From Marsupella aquatica (Eukaryota; Plantae; Marchantiophyta), in contig OZ316892.1 of the NCBI GenBank assembly GCA_973895155.1, positions 11,906,238 through 11,970,237 of the forward strand: DNA of 64,000 bases. The letters are read 5' to 3'. Below the pieces are notes generated by a model that did not search any database, was not told the DNA's origin, and saw nothing but the letters and a program-made list of their open reading frames with translations. Positions within the stretch are counted from its first letter, which is position 1. Every line of letters begins with the position of its first letter. Positions 11,959 to 23,636 of this stretch are shown in pieces. The position numbers and the translations under genes are program-made.

Positions 11959-12654
11959 ATGGCACACATCGCTCGTCAGTTGCTGGATCCAAGATTTGGG
12001 CATAGGGAGCACCTTCGTATGGATCCCCCTTGCTGTTTTGAATGTGACGAGGGAGGAACTGTTTTGTTCTGTGATGGCCCTTGTGGTCGCCATTTTCATT
12101 ATGTAGTTGATGGCCACAACCCTGATGAAGAAGATGGCCATGGACCTACATGTCAGCGCATTGTCATTTCCAGAGGTCATGATTGGGCTGCAGCTTGGCT
12201 CTATGATCTCTGTCAGCAAAACAGAGGAAGATGTTTTGGTTGTGGGCTCCTTGGCAGAACCTTGAGACCCAGCACAGACGAGCCCCTTGTGGTCCAGTGT
12301 TCTCATGATGATTGCTACTCATTTTACCAAGTGGGTTGCCTCCGGACACTTCTGCGATTGGGGGAAATGCCATTCACCCGCCATCCAGATAACCCTGACG
12401 CACATCCCGATGCTTTTATATGCCCACGACATTACTATGAGGTCTGTAAGGAGTATCGGGAGGGCATTTGGGACTTTGTCCAATATCGTAGATGCCCTCG
12501 TGCATGATGTCGTGATGAAGGACCAACAACAGACAGGCACTTGAGGAGAGGGGTGAGGGGCCGAGACACCTGGGACATTGGACAGTGGCGCATGATTTAC
12601 TGTAATCGCCATGTCATTCCAGAGGGTTCTGATATCCCTAGTACCCATGACTAG
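11959..12654 (+). pseudogene. EDM2/NSD-type composite PHD-finger gene, decayed (transposon cargo)
   Basis: CFECDEGG.VLFCDGPC.RHFH...W.(Y)DLC...CFGCG.LG...VVQC...C..FY...CL...FICPRH.(Y).VC...(Y)RRCP. After a TGA stop (12505) and a frameshift it continues RDTWD..RMIYCNRH.I, matching the remembered EDM2 PHD block and its downstream RAWD..LIYC..HEI segment. Three Cys ligands are now Tyr. Confidence 0.75.
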
Positions 12655-12982
12655 ACACATCATGACTGCTACAAATTCCACCATCTTACAAACTTCAACC
12701 TTTTTTGTAGTGGACCCATAAGACAACCTAAATTATATGAACTTAAGTATTTGGTTGAATGCTATGGACTTAAGTATTTCGATGAATGAAAGGGACCTAA
12801 GTATTTGGTTGTCAAACAAAATGGAATTTTGATGAATTGAAATGGACTACAATAGATTGAGTGTACAGATGACATTGTGAATGGTTGTCTTGAGTCCTGA
12901 TCTTTTTCCATGTCTGTCCATTGTTGTATGACAGGTTCATCTACCTAATCCCTCTCCCTCACAGCCTGTATAACTGTCCATC

Positions 12983-15900
12983 ATGGCACACCTAGGCATG
13001 AGCTCTGTTAGATTGGTAGAAAAGGGTGAGGAGGGAGGAAAGCCTGATACGCCAATCTGTGTCATGTCCTTCAAAGAAGGGCAGACTCTGGCAGATTTTC
13101 GTCTAAAATGTGTTGGTGCAGTAGAGTTTGACTTTGATTTTTGGGATGAGAGGTTGCCTGGTCGAGTCTGGCGCTTTTCAGAGAAGACTGTTGGGGTGAC
13201 TGAACTTCAAGGGACAATTTACGTCATTGCAGAGTTACCCTCAGTTGCCTCGCCTGTGGAGAGGGTCACTATTGGTTCCTCTCATTCATCTGCTGCCACT
13301 GTGTCCAATGTGGCAGGCACGACTCCATTGTCTCAAGGACAAACACAAGGGGTGCCAGTACAGGCTACTGTACAGCCTGTCACGGGCTCCTTTGAGTCTC
13401 ACCTCATGTCTGAGGCTGCATCAAAGGCCTGGAATGATGAGTGGGTGAAGCTACAATCTTGGGTAAACCAGAAGGGCTTTGGTGAGCACAAGTGGAAAGT
13501 GCGGACGTGGGATGAGGGAGGGGAGTGTCGAGGTCATCTAGAATGCTTAGAGTGTAGGGAGACTTATGGGAATGCAGCCACTTCACAGGTGCTCAAGTCC
13601 ATCGCAAATTGCTTTAGCAACTTCAAGACAAAGCACCTGACCAACCCTAAACACAAGGAGAACTGGTGTAAGCGAAGGGGTTTAGCTGGAGCTTTGGTGA
13701 CGGTTGCTGACACTATACAGCAACCACTGTTTGATCATAGTATGCAAATAGGGGCTGGTGTGGAAATAGTGGGAAAGTTGAATGCAAAGGTAGGTGGGGT
13801 GGTAGAAGTGTTCTCTATCACACCATTTCCCACTGATCCAACATTTGCATAGAGGTCATTCCTGTTTAAGGTCAGATGTACAGTCTGTGGCAAGCTACAT
13901 ACTGACATGTGCCCTAAGAAATCCAATTTGGAACACAATTTAAGGCAACACCTTGTCAGTCGGGATCATATGGATGCACTTGAGAACGTTGTCACCAGTA
14001 CCCAAGCTGCACTGAGGGCAGGGAAGAAGGGGAGACCAAGGAAGCCTGATGGTCGTGATCTGTTTCCATCTCAAAATTCTATTCTGAATTTCTTTAGAGA
14101 GGACAGCTCTACTGCAGGGAGCAGTTCAGGCAGAGGTGGGTTGTATTCCTCCATTGAGCCAAGTTTAAGTTTGCTTTGTTGGGGCCTGTGGGAGTCAGAG
14201 GTGAAGTGGACAGGGGATTCTATGGCTGTGAAAGGCATACTTGATGATCAAGAGGGAGGAAATGTGTGGGATTGTGACCGTACAACCTGTGCTGAGGTTT
14301 TCAATGTAACTAGTCAGTCAGTTGTTGGTATACAGGGTTGTTTTAGGCACAAGCAATGTCACAGGGTGTCCATTAATGGAGGTGGTTTTCAAAACCTCAC
14401 TTGCACTCTATGTGATTCTATAAAACATGAAGATGATTTTCGTGGCAGGGTGCACAGGGAAGCGGAAGCATTAGTGCAGAGAGGAGATAGGACTACACAG
14501 GGTGGGATGAGGTTGGCATACTTGACCAAAACCGAACTGAGGGAACATGTTGGTAACCTCACCACTCGCTTTAGGAAACAGCGTTGGCTGTTGGCACAAC
14601 AGGCTCAAAAAATTTGTGCCCTGAGTGTTAGGCGAAAGAAGCTAGAAGATTTATTAGGAGTAGCCCATGATAGGAAAGATTTAAGACAGTTTTTGAGAAA
14701 TATTGTGAATGGACATAGATGTGGTGCTTTTGGTGGCAAGGAAGGGTTGTGGGATTTCCTGACAGATGTAGCTAAGAACTTGCAGAGAGTTGCTAAGGGT
14801 TATCGATACAGTAAGAGAACCAAGGCCTTCTCCCAAGCCATGTTTCAGTTTGGAGGCAGAAAAGTGGCTCATTGTTTCCAGGCTAACCTAGGTGGTCCAG
14901 GTCTGAAGAGCTTGAAACGTGATAGAGCAAAACTCCCACCCTTTAGAGCTGGCATTCGAAAAGAGATATTCCAGGAGGTGTGTAGAGTACTGTGTGCATC
15001 AAAGCAGTCACTTGGAGTTGTAGGAGATGTACCAGTAATGTTTGCTGAGGATGAAACAAGGATCAAAGAGAGACCCAGGTTTGTGTTTTTGTCTCTATAG
15101 TAAATTAGCTTGTTTTTTTGAATGTGTTGGGTGAGTTTGCATGTCATGAACTGATGTCTGTATTCTATTGTGTGTGACAGATGGGAAGCTAAATATGACA
15201 CCCTCATTGGTTTCTGTGGCCCCTTAGAAGAGCACACATGTTCTTTTGGCTTGGAAGTACTGGTTGGAGCAGGTACTGAAGGGTATGACAAGATTGTAAG
15301 TACTTTTGAGCAATATGCCAAAGGCATGTATGCTAGAGTAATCATTGTCAATCCTCTGCATGCAAAGATGCCTAAATTGGCATTGTGTGTTCTACCAACA
15401 TGTAACAAGTTTAGAGCTCCCTGGGTAAGAGAGCATTGGGTGCAGCTGAAGTCCATGTGGGACACACATTGCAGAGACAGTGTTGGTCCTTTGTTGGGCC
15501 ATGCTAGTGATGGTGATGCTCGTCGTAGGAAATTGATGATGGAAGATTACACTGTTGTGAATGGTTCCTTTCCTAGGTACAGTGTAGGATGGGTTGGGTG
15601 GCAATACTCAATGTCCATACTTCCGAATGGAGATCTATATGGTTTTGGAGACCAAGACCCACCTCACAATGGCAAGAAGGCAATTAACCCATTGGACCGA
15701 GTGTATGTTATGTTAGTTCTTGGTGATCAGCATGCATCTTTGTCATATGTCACATCTGTTTATAACCATTATGCAATTCATGAGCATGGTTTGCATTGGG
15801 ATGATGTGAATAGGACAAATAGACAAAATTGGGCTGGCCCACAACGAATAGCTTCCAGGAGAGTGCAGGCCTGCCTGTAGCATATGTATGAGCGACGAGA

Positions 15901-17578
15901 TGTTCGTCATGACAGAAGCTTTGGGACCATGATATACTTGGAGGTTTGTGCAGACTACATAGATATTTTCTTCTCTGTTAAGCATGACCTAAGAACCCGT
16001 GTTGTCTTGGCATCAAAGGTATCTTGGTTCTTCCGATTGTGGAGGCTATGGTTGAGGTATGGTGATCATTCTGTGACAGGGAATGCTGGATCTATCACAG
16101 AGAAGAACATGATTTCTGTGCAGGCTTTCCATGATATCAACATGTCTTGTCATTTTGTAGTATTGTTAATCTGTGCCTTTCGGGACAAGTTCCCATATCT
16201 GCAAGTTCCATTTCACTTGCTGGGATCAGATTGTTGTGAGATATTTTTCAGCAAGGTAGGTGGCATGAGTGGCCATGAGAGAAATTATGACTTTGGATCT
16301 CTACTGGACAGTGCAGTGGGACTGAATCAACTAGCTGGATTAGAGTATGGACCAGAGGGATTGAAGATACGTCGATCACATGATAAACAGGATCATGTTT
16401 GGGCAACTTTACATCCTCTGGATGAAGGAGAACAAGCTCCAAATTTATTTGATTACTCTGCAGTTCAGACTAATGAGCTGGTTGTTGATGCTCTAAAGGA
16501 AGGTTTGCAGGAAGCAAAGGATTTGTTGTGCAAGCTGAACATGTCACCAAGGAGTTCTTTGCCAGCAGCAAAAAGACGATGGTGGGTTTATCCTTGGGAG
16601 GTGGAGGCAGAGACTTGGCCGGATACAAGTGTCATGAAAGAGGTTGTGTTATGTGATGATGCTGAAGACACAATTGAGCATCGATCTACTGTAGGCCCTA
16701 GACCTGAGCCCCCAATTGCAGAGTTTCTAGAGTTTGAAGATCCTGAAGAAGATCTCAATCGGATTGATTCATGGGACACTCTGGACAGTCAGGATTGTAT
16801 TGAGCCACTAACAGTTGAAGATTGTTCGATTGAGGTGGACACTAACCCATTTTGTGAGATGGAGACACTAGGACATGAAGTAAGGCATGTCTTGGCTGGA
16901 GTTCAAGCAGACTTAACTGATGTGCAGACACCCCGGTCAGTAGTGTCTACTGTAACTTATGAGGGAAGGACTATCTACAAGTCCACTCTTGTGAGTCAAT
17001 TGTGCTGCAATCCTTTCATGTCAAAGGATAGGCTAACTAGGATAGCCCAGAAGACCTATTACACTACTGGTAAGGAGAAGGAAAATGGTGACTCTGTGAC
17101 TTGTTTGGTTGACATTGGTACTGATATAGCAGTTTTGTTTGAGTCTGTTGCAGAGGTTGGTCCTTCTACCAGATCATCCAAGTCAAAGAAGAGGAAGGGA
17201 ATAGATAAAGGGCCTATTGTTGACGCAACATCTGCAAAGAAAGAATATTGGTTGGGTAGGATTGAGTTTATGATATAGAAGAATGGCTCCCATTGGGTCA
17301 GACGTCGGAAAGCAATAGATCTGTTGGACAGACCTGTACCTACAGTTGGACAGAGTGGAAGTGTGTGCCGCCTGCAGTGTAATTGGTACAAATCTACTGG
17401 TAACAACAAAACTTTGTTCACTTATGATGCAACACATGGACAATGGATTGATATTGAGATGGTAATTTCAAATGTGAACTTGACAATGAAGTCTGGGATA
17501 GTTGATAGAGTGTATGTACTAGATGCAAGTGACTTGCAGGCTTTGACTACATACATTCAAAGTGTGAGTAAATTGTGA
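12983..17578 (+). pseudogene. P-element/THAP9-like DDE transposase, ~1,497 aa reconstructed, one intron (15079-15180) and three in-frame TAG codons
   Basis: ORFs 12983-13852, 13907-, 15170-, 15884- and 17324- join into one frame across TAG at 13850, 15878 and 17276 and a 102-bp GT-AG intron (RPR|WEAKY). Motifs: two C2H2 fingers, AT-hook (KGRPRK), AEDET (D, 15050), HASDGD (D, 15509), DPPHNGKK (DxxH, 15656), SDCCEIFFS (E, 16238). Terminal stop is TGA. Confidence 0.8.
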
Positions 17579-17667
17579 TATATAATTGACTATTGTTTAT
17601 TAAAAGTAGTTTGTTGTGTGTGTATGTGATGCATGTGTAGGGTTAGTGGGAGGGAGTAGAGTAGGGG

Positions 17668-17727
17668 ATGGCGGATTGGCAAATTGAGATTTATGCTCAA
17701 TCAGGGGTTCAATTCCCCTCCGTCATG
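17668..17727 (+). ncRNA. D-armless tRNA-like (mascRNA-like) cloverleaf
   Basis: Acceptor ATGGCGG/CCGTCAT (7 bp, one G-U); 8-nt D-replacement ATTGGCAA; stem ATTGAG/CTCAAT with 7-nt loop ATTTATG; T-arm AGGGG-TTCAATT-CCCCT stacked directly on the acceptor 3' strand. Confidence 0.65.
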
Positions 17728-18173
17728 TGGACATCATCATGCAGGAGTCTGTGAAACAAGGTAGAGTACCGATGCCTTGAATAGGCAACCTATGGTGTTC
17801 GGTTACCTATTCATAGTATCTGGCACCCACCATGCTTCACTATTCAAGAGTGAAAACTACAAGTTGGATGATGATGAATGCAATTTACAAGATATTCAGC
17901 TTCATGATGTAAATTCATTGAATGTATTGGAAATGCGCATCAATTTGCACAAATGGCTCTACATTATTGAGGTACTTTACTTTTCTTAATAGGCATTTTT
18001 TAAATCATCATAAAACTTTCCATAAAGTTTTATAGGGGTAAACAATTCAAAAAATGGTCGCTTTTCAGAAAGTAAGGGAGTGGGGAAAAAAAAAATTCAC
18101 TTAAAAGTTAGGGGGTCCAGACCCTAAAACGTCGCACGTGATGTAGAGCCCTACATAGAGTGACCCCCCCGAG

Positions 18174-21100
18174 CTTGGAAGCTCCACCAGCTCCCATGTC
18201 TTGTTGTCACTCAAAGATTGCAACTCCCTCTGCATTGCTGCATTCCACTCATGCTTCTGTTCTGAAGCACAAGCCTCATTGTACAAAGAAGGCTCTCCTT
18301 CTTCCAAGATCAAAGCCATATCATCATCATCAGGTGCAATATCAATATTATCTAGCTTAGATGAGTCTGCCCATTGACCATACCTGGTAGGAGCTCTAGC
18401 AGAACGAATGGAAGTTCTTCTAGTAGATGATTCAGGCTGATATGCTGCTATTGCTGGTTGAATTTGAGGTACCCCAACAACAATCTGCTCCTCTTGTTCC
18501 ATCACAAGAACCAACTCCATGCCCAAAGCTTCTCCATCTCTCCTGTCATGAATATCATCATGACTAATCTCCCCCTCAACCCGGTCCGGGATGGGAGATT
18601 TCCCATTGTCAGTATAGGAATCCTGAGAATGCTCCCCCTCCTTTGATGATCTGGATTCATTAAAGGACACATATCTATTAACAATTAGCTTACAGGTTAT
18701 TGGATCCCATAACCTATAACCGTTCACACCTATCTCATAGCCAAGAAAAATGCATTTTTTTGACTTGGACTCCAACTTGGATTGAAGCTGGGAAGGTGTA
18801 AGCACATAAGCATCACATCCAAAAATCCTCAGATGTGAGTAATCTGCTGGACGCCCGTACCTCATTTCAAATAGCGTCTTGAATCCAATAGAACTTGATG
18901 GAGAGAAATTTACCAAATAAGCTGCAGTGTTGACAGCTTCAGCCCAAAACTCATGTGGTAAGCATGATTGACTCAACATACTCCTCGAGCGTTGCAATAG
19001 TGTTCGATTGAGCCTCTCAAAAATACCATTTTGCTAAGGAGTATAACTTGTTGTGAGATGGCGTGTAATCCCCTACTCTTTACAATACGTTCCAAATTCC
19101 CCGGAACCGTATTCACTGTCGTTATTCGATTGAAGATATCTCACCTTGTTACCAGTCTGATTCTCAACTTGGGCTTTCCACTCTTTAAAAGTGGCAAAAA
19201 CATCAGACTTGTTGTGGAGAAAGTAAATCCACACATACCTTGAGTAATCGTCTATGAACGTGACATAGTATAACCGTCCAGAGTATGAGGGAGTAGGGAC
19301 TGGTCCCCACACATCACTATGTACATACTCAAGTACCTCCTTGCTAGTGTGAGTTCCAACTTCAAAGGGTTTCCTGTGCTGCTTTCCAAGCACACAATGC
19401 TCACAAAAATCCAATTTACTAGACTGCAAATTAGAAATCAAACCTCTTTTCTAAAGTATAGCCAAACCTTTCTTACTCATGTGACCTAGCCGGAAATGCC
19501 ACAACCGGGTCGGCTCCTTATGAGACAAGGTTACATTGGCATCATCACATATTACTCTGCCCTCCAAAACATACAAATTTTTGTGCCTCTTTCCCTTCAG
19601 CACAACCTTAGTACCGGTTGAAACCTGAAGGACACCATTAGCAGAACTCCACTGATGGTCATTTGCTTCTAACATTCCAAGTGAAATGAGATTTTTCATC
19701 ATGCTAGGAATATGTCTCACATTCCGCACTATTCTTACAACACCATCAAACATCTGTAATCTCACAGATCCAAGTCCAACTACTTGGCATGGGATTCCAT
19801 TTCCCATCAACACTGAACCGTTGGAAACCGTGCAAGAACTGAAAAACTCTCTCCTATAGCAAATGTGAAAGGTACAAGTACTATCTAGTATCCAACCATA
19901 ATCTCCCTGATGTGATACTACGTTGAGGGCAAAGTAATGGCATCACAAAATGACATCATCGAGTAAATCTACCTCATGTGCGCTGGATGCCGCATTAGCT
20001 GATGGGGTAGAGTCCTTTACCCGACAATCTCTCTTCATGTGGCCTAACTTGCCACATTTCTAACATGCAAGAGGCTTCCTCTCTTGTGATTTTCCTTTGG
20101 ATTTAGATCTCCCCCCGGTTGTAGATCTAAATCTGTTTTGCCCATTCGTGCGCTGTGCTGGTGTTCCATGATTCACGTTCAACGTAGTACCAGAAGAAGA
20201 TGTTGTCTGTGCTAGATCCAGCTTTTTTCAAGCATCATCAGACAGTAGAGAGCTCACCACCACATCATACGAAATGGACTTCAGATCTCTGTACAAGAGC
20301 ACCTATTTCAAGCCCTGATAAGATGGCGGTAAGGAGCTTAGCGGAAGCAAGGCCTTATCCTCATCCTCCACTGCACGCTGCACCAGTGATCGTACCGGTG
20401 ATACTTGTTCCTCCTCAAACGGTACGAGCAACTCCTCAGACTCTCCGTCTGACCGTCGCAAACCTGAAGCTCCACCAACGTCGATTCTTCCAGTATTCTC
20501 CGAGTCACTCATATGAGAAAATCACAAAAAAATATATTTTTTCAAAACTTCTCATAAAACTCAGAACTCAACACCACCGCGTAGCCCACGTAGCTAGGAG
20601 TCTAAACTGAAAACAAAAATAAAAAATGAACTTGGACAAAAAAGTTATTCAAATTTTGGTTGAGGTGGGTAAAACCATGGAAAACTCCCCCGTTTTGACC
20701 ACCTCCAAGAATCTCCAAAATGTGAATGGGCAATTGATGTCAAAATTGTGAATGGAGTGCTACACCGCGTAGCTAACTCGAGTAGCTACCACCTTCCCAA
20801 AAACAACCGGAAAAAGTTACCGTTTCTCGGTACAAATTTTTGTCGTACAGCCGAAAACATGCTCTCTGGTTTTTGAGAATATTCCCCTATAGAGCGCACA
20901 TGGCACATAGGGGGCCGTTCCCCCTGTCGGACCGGTTAAAGCGCCGGGTCACAAGGCCCGGGATGCGGCACAACCAATGAGGAGGAGAGAAAAAATGAGA
21001 AAAAGCACTTTAAAGGAGTCTTAAAGCCCCTAAAAAAATGCTTGTATGCGCGCATATTTGCATGAAAAAATTTGTGTTTTCGCAGTGAAAGGGGTGTGGG

Positions 21101-21600
21101 GGGCCAGGGCGCGCGCCGGGGCGTTTGGCGAAGCCGGTTTGTCGGGGTGTGAAGGTTTACGGGCCGTATGGGGGCAAACAAATGCCCTAAACTAACCTAA
21201 AATGTGCCAAAAAATGACACAAAGGCCTCAGCCACCTCCGCTTTAGTTTCCAATAAGAAAAGTGATGACCACCGACATGAAAATGTTGTTGATTGCACCG
21301 GCACGTCTGCAGCTCCTCAAGAGAAGAAAACCTCCGCCGTGTCACACTCTCTCCGCGTCAAGAGCCAATCCCGGACTCAAAATGATCGCCTCACCACGAT
21401 CTCTCCATTGAGCCTCAGCACTTCAATTTTCCTCCATCGAGTTGAACGCAACAACGAGAAACCTCGTTGAGGCAAACACAAACTCCATAGCTTGCCAAAA
21501 AACCAGAAAACGACTTTCACTTGTCACGAATCACTTGGTCCACATTCAGGAGCAAATCAGCTACCGAAACAATCAGCTCGTCTCAATCTACAAGCGGAGC
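18174..21600 (-). mobile_element. Decayed Ty1/Copia LTR retrotransposon (gag-PR-IN-start of RT), truncated by the DNA transposon
   Basis: gag LSSLPPSY; CCHC knuckle CGKLGH..RDC (~20020-20070); protease WILDS..TFHIC (~19860); LWHFRLGHMS; integrase HSDVWGP/FIDDYSR/FWAEAVNTA; RT start TWELVELP ends at the TIR. Frameshifts and stops present. The 5' boundary is approximate and no LTR was found. Confidence 0.92.
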
Positions 21601-21605
21601 AACAC

Positions 21606-22025
21606 CATGGTTGGTGAAGCAGTTTTGAATATACTCACCCTACCAAATCAGAAATGTGTGTCCCTCAGAGAGTACACTGCATACAAGGTATGAACATAGG
21701 GAGAAAAAAAAATCTACAAAAAATGAAAATTTGTGTTTTGGCACACACATTCAAATTGCTTCACCAACCATTTTTTCATTCCCTGTATGAAGTGGAAGCT
21801 CTGAGGGACACAAATGTCTGACTTGGTAGCTCAGGTGAGGATAGTCAAAACCGTTTAACCAGCCATTTATATAGATTCACTTTGCTGCCAATCTCTTTTT
21901 TTTCATACCCTGTATGGAGTGCAAGCTCTGAGGGACACATGCTTGATTTGGTAGAGGTGAGTATATACAAAACAGCTTCACCAGCCATTTTCATAGACTC
22001 ACCTTGCTACCAATCCCTTTTTCCC
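21606..22025. repeat. Fold-back repeat: one inverted plus two direct copies of a ~127-bp unit
   Basis: The reverse complement of 21607-21693 matches 21775-21866 and 21902-21987 (TTCATACC.TGTATG.AGTG..AGCTCTGAGGGACAC..GATTTGGTAG.GGTGAG..CAAAAC.GCTTCACCA.CCA). Confidence 0.8.
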
Positions 22026-22162
22026 ACTTGCACCCCCAATTTTAGTTATGCGTCACTCTAGACGGGAGGCCCTGAAGAGTAGTTTTGGTTCACTCTCATA
22101 CACTCTAGTAAGATGAGTGTAGCGAACAATGTGCTTTTCCATGTGAGTAATTCTGGGATCAG

Positions 22163-23063
22163 TTGTAGATACTACAGGAGCATATTTGACGGCCAAACCT
22201 CTTGAACGATGCTCTGCGAGCATGTGTTAAACTGTGAGAGAGAGCTTGTAGATACTACGGGAGCATATTTGACGGCCAAACCTCTTGAACTATGCTCTGC
22301 AAGCATGTGCTGAAATGTGGGAGAATAATAGGAGAGATTGTAGATACTACGGGAGCATATTTGACGGTCAAACCTCTTGGACAAAGCTCTGCAAGCATGT
22401 GTTAAAATGCGAGAGAATAATAGGAGAGCTTGTAGATACTACGGGAGAATATTTGACGACCAACCTCTAGAACAATGCCCTACAAGCATGTGTTGAAATG
22501 TGGGACAATAATAGGAGAGATTGTAGATACTACGGAAGCATATTTGACAGCCAAACCTCTTGAACGATGCCCTGCAAGCATGTGTTGAAATGTGGGAGAA
22601 TAGTAGGAGAGATTGTAGATACTACGGGGGCCTATTTGATGGCCAAACCTCTTGAATGATGCTCTGCGAGCACATGTTGAAATGTGGGAGATAATAGGCG
22701 AGCTTGTAGATACTACGGGAGCACATTTGAAGGCCAAACCTCTTGAACGATGCCCTGCAAGCATGTGTTAAAATGTGGCAGAATAATAGGAGTGCTTGTA
22801 GATACTACTGGAGCAAATTTGACGGCCAAACCTCTTGAAGGTGTTAAAATATGGGAGAATAATAGGAGAAATTATAGATACTATGGGAGCATATTTGATA
22901 GCCAAACCTCTTGAAGGATGCTCTGCTAGCATGTGTTAAAATGTGAGAGAATAATAGGAGAGATTGTAGATAACACTGGAGCATATTTGATAGCCAAACC
23001 TCTTGAACGATGCTCTGCGAGCATGTGCTAAAATGCTAAAATGTGGGAGAATAATAGGAGAGA
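22163..23063 (+). repeat. Tandem array of ten ~92-bp units
   Basis: Unit TTGTAGATACTACGGGAGCATATTTGACGGCCAAACCTCTTGAACGATGCTCTGCAAGCATGTGTTAAAATGTGGGAGAATAATAGGAGAG starts at ~22163, 22246, 22338, 22430, 22521, 22613, 22704, 22796, 22872 and 22963. Confidence 0.95.
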
Positions 23064-23636
23064 GCATCTTGATGAGTCAAGAAGAGTCCGCCCTTAACCG
23101 TCGGTCCCGATGTCCGGACACCTCGTTGCTCCCGCTCTCGTGGCAAATGGCAATGGAAGCTCAGCGAGTTGCCTTCTTGTACTGTCAGTCCCCATGTCGT
23201 TTTCGCGGTTCCGTGCTCTGCAAATCATACTTCAATCCAATTCTCCTCGTGATCCCCCCAATTCCACATCGATCGAGCTGCGAGCGCTGCTGCCCTCTCC
23301 ATCCGTCCGGCACATTCTGTCAAATGCGCTGCCTCTCAACTTCCTCTTGATACAGAGCTGACACTCTGTTGTCGACTGCCACTTTCTCCAGCTCAGAGAA
23401 ATGGGGAGAAGCGGTGTGTGAAAGGCTCGTGTAGTGTGTGATGCAGGAATTTTTCACGATTTTTGGTGGAAATCTGCAGGAAGTTTGCTTCAGCTTTTCT
23501 AGTCTCAGGACCGCATTGCCTGTAGTGAGGAAGTTCGGTGCTCTAGTGTACTGAAGTGTGACTGGTCTTGATTGAAAGGAGACGGGGAAGTTCTAAACTG
23601 ATTCTAGACGAGACTGTTTGATTGACTACCGGAGCA

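Larger units (their letters stand above)
7989..18173 (+). mobile_element. ~10.2 kb cut-and-paste DNA transposon with P-element-like transposase and cargo ORFs
   Basis: Bipartite 44-bp terminal inverted repeats: CTCGGGGGGGTCACT-N14-ACATCACGTGCGACG at 7989-8032, and its reverse complement at 18130-18173. The right TIR cuts the Copia RT frame. Internal DDE transposase present. No TSD seen. Confidence 0.82.

Noticed and set aside
17668-17727. Canonical tRNA gene
   Set aside because: No D-arm or intact A box, only 59 nt, no purine at position 37 and no poly-T terminator; kept as tRNA-like only.
18101-18173. C-terminal extension SGGSLYVGLY... of the Copia ORF
   Set aside because: It is read-through into the transposon TIR, not Copia sequence.
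21590-21607. Possible Copia primer-binding site (minus strand TGGTGTTGCTCCGC)
   Set aside because: Does not match the tRNA-iMet PBS (TGGTATCAGAGC) and no LTR adjoins it.
22163-23063. CRISPR-like appearance of the regular array
   Set aside because: Whole units repeat with no unique spacers, there are no cas genes, and the context is eukaryotic.
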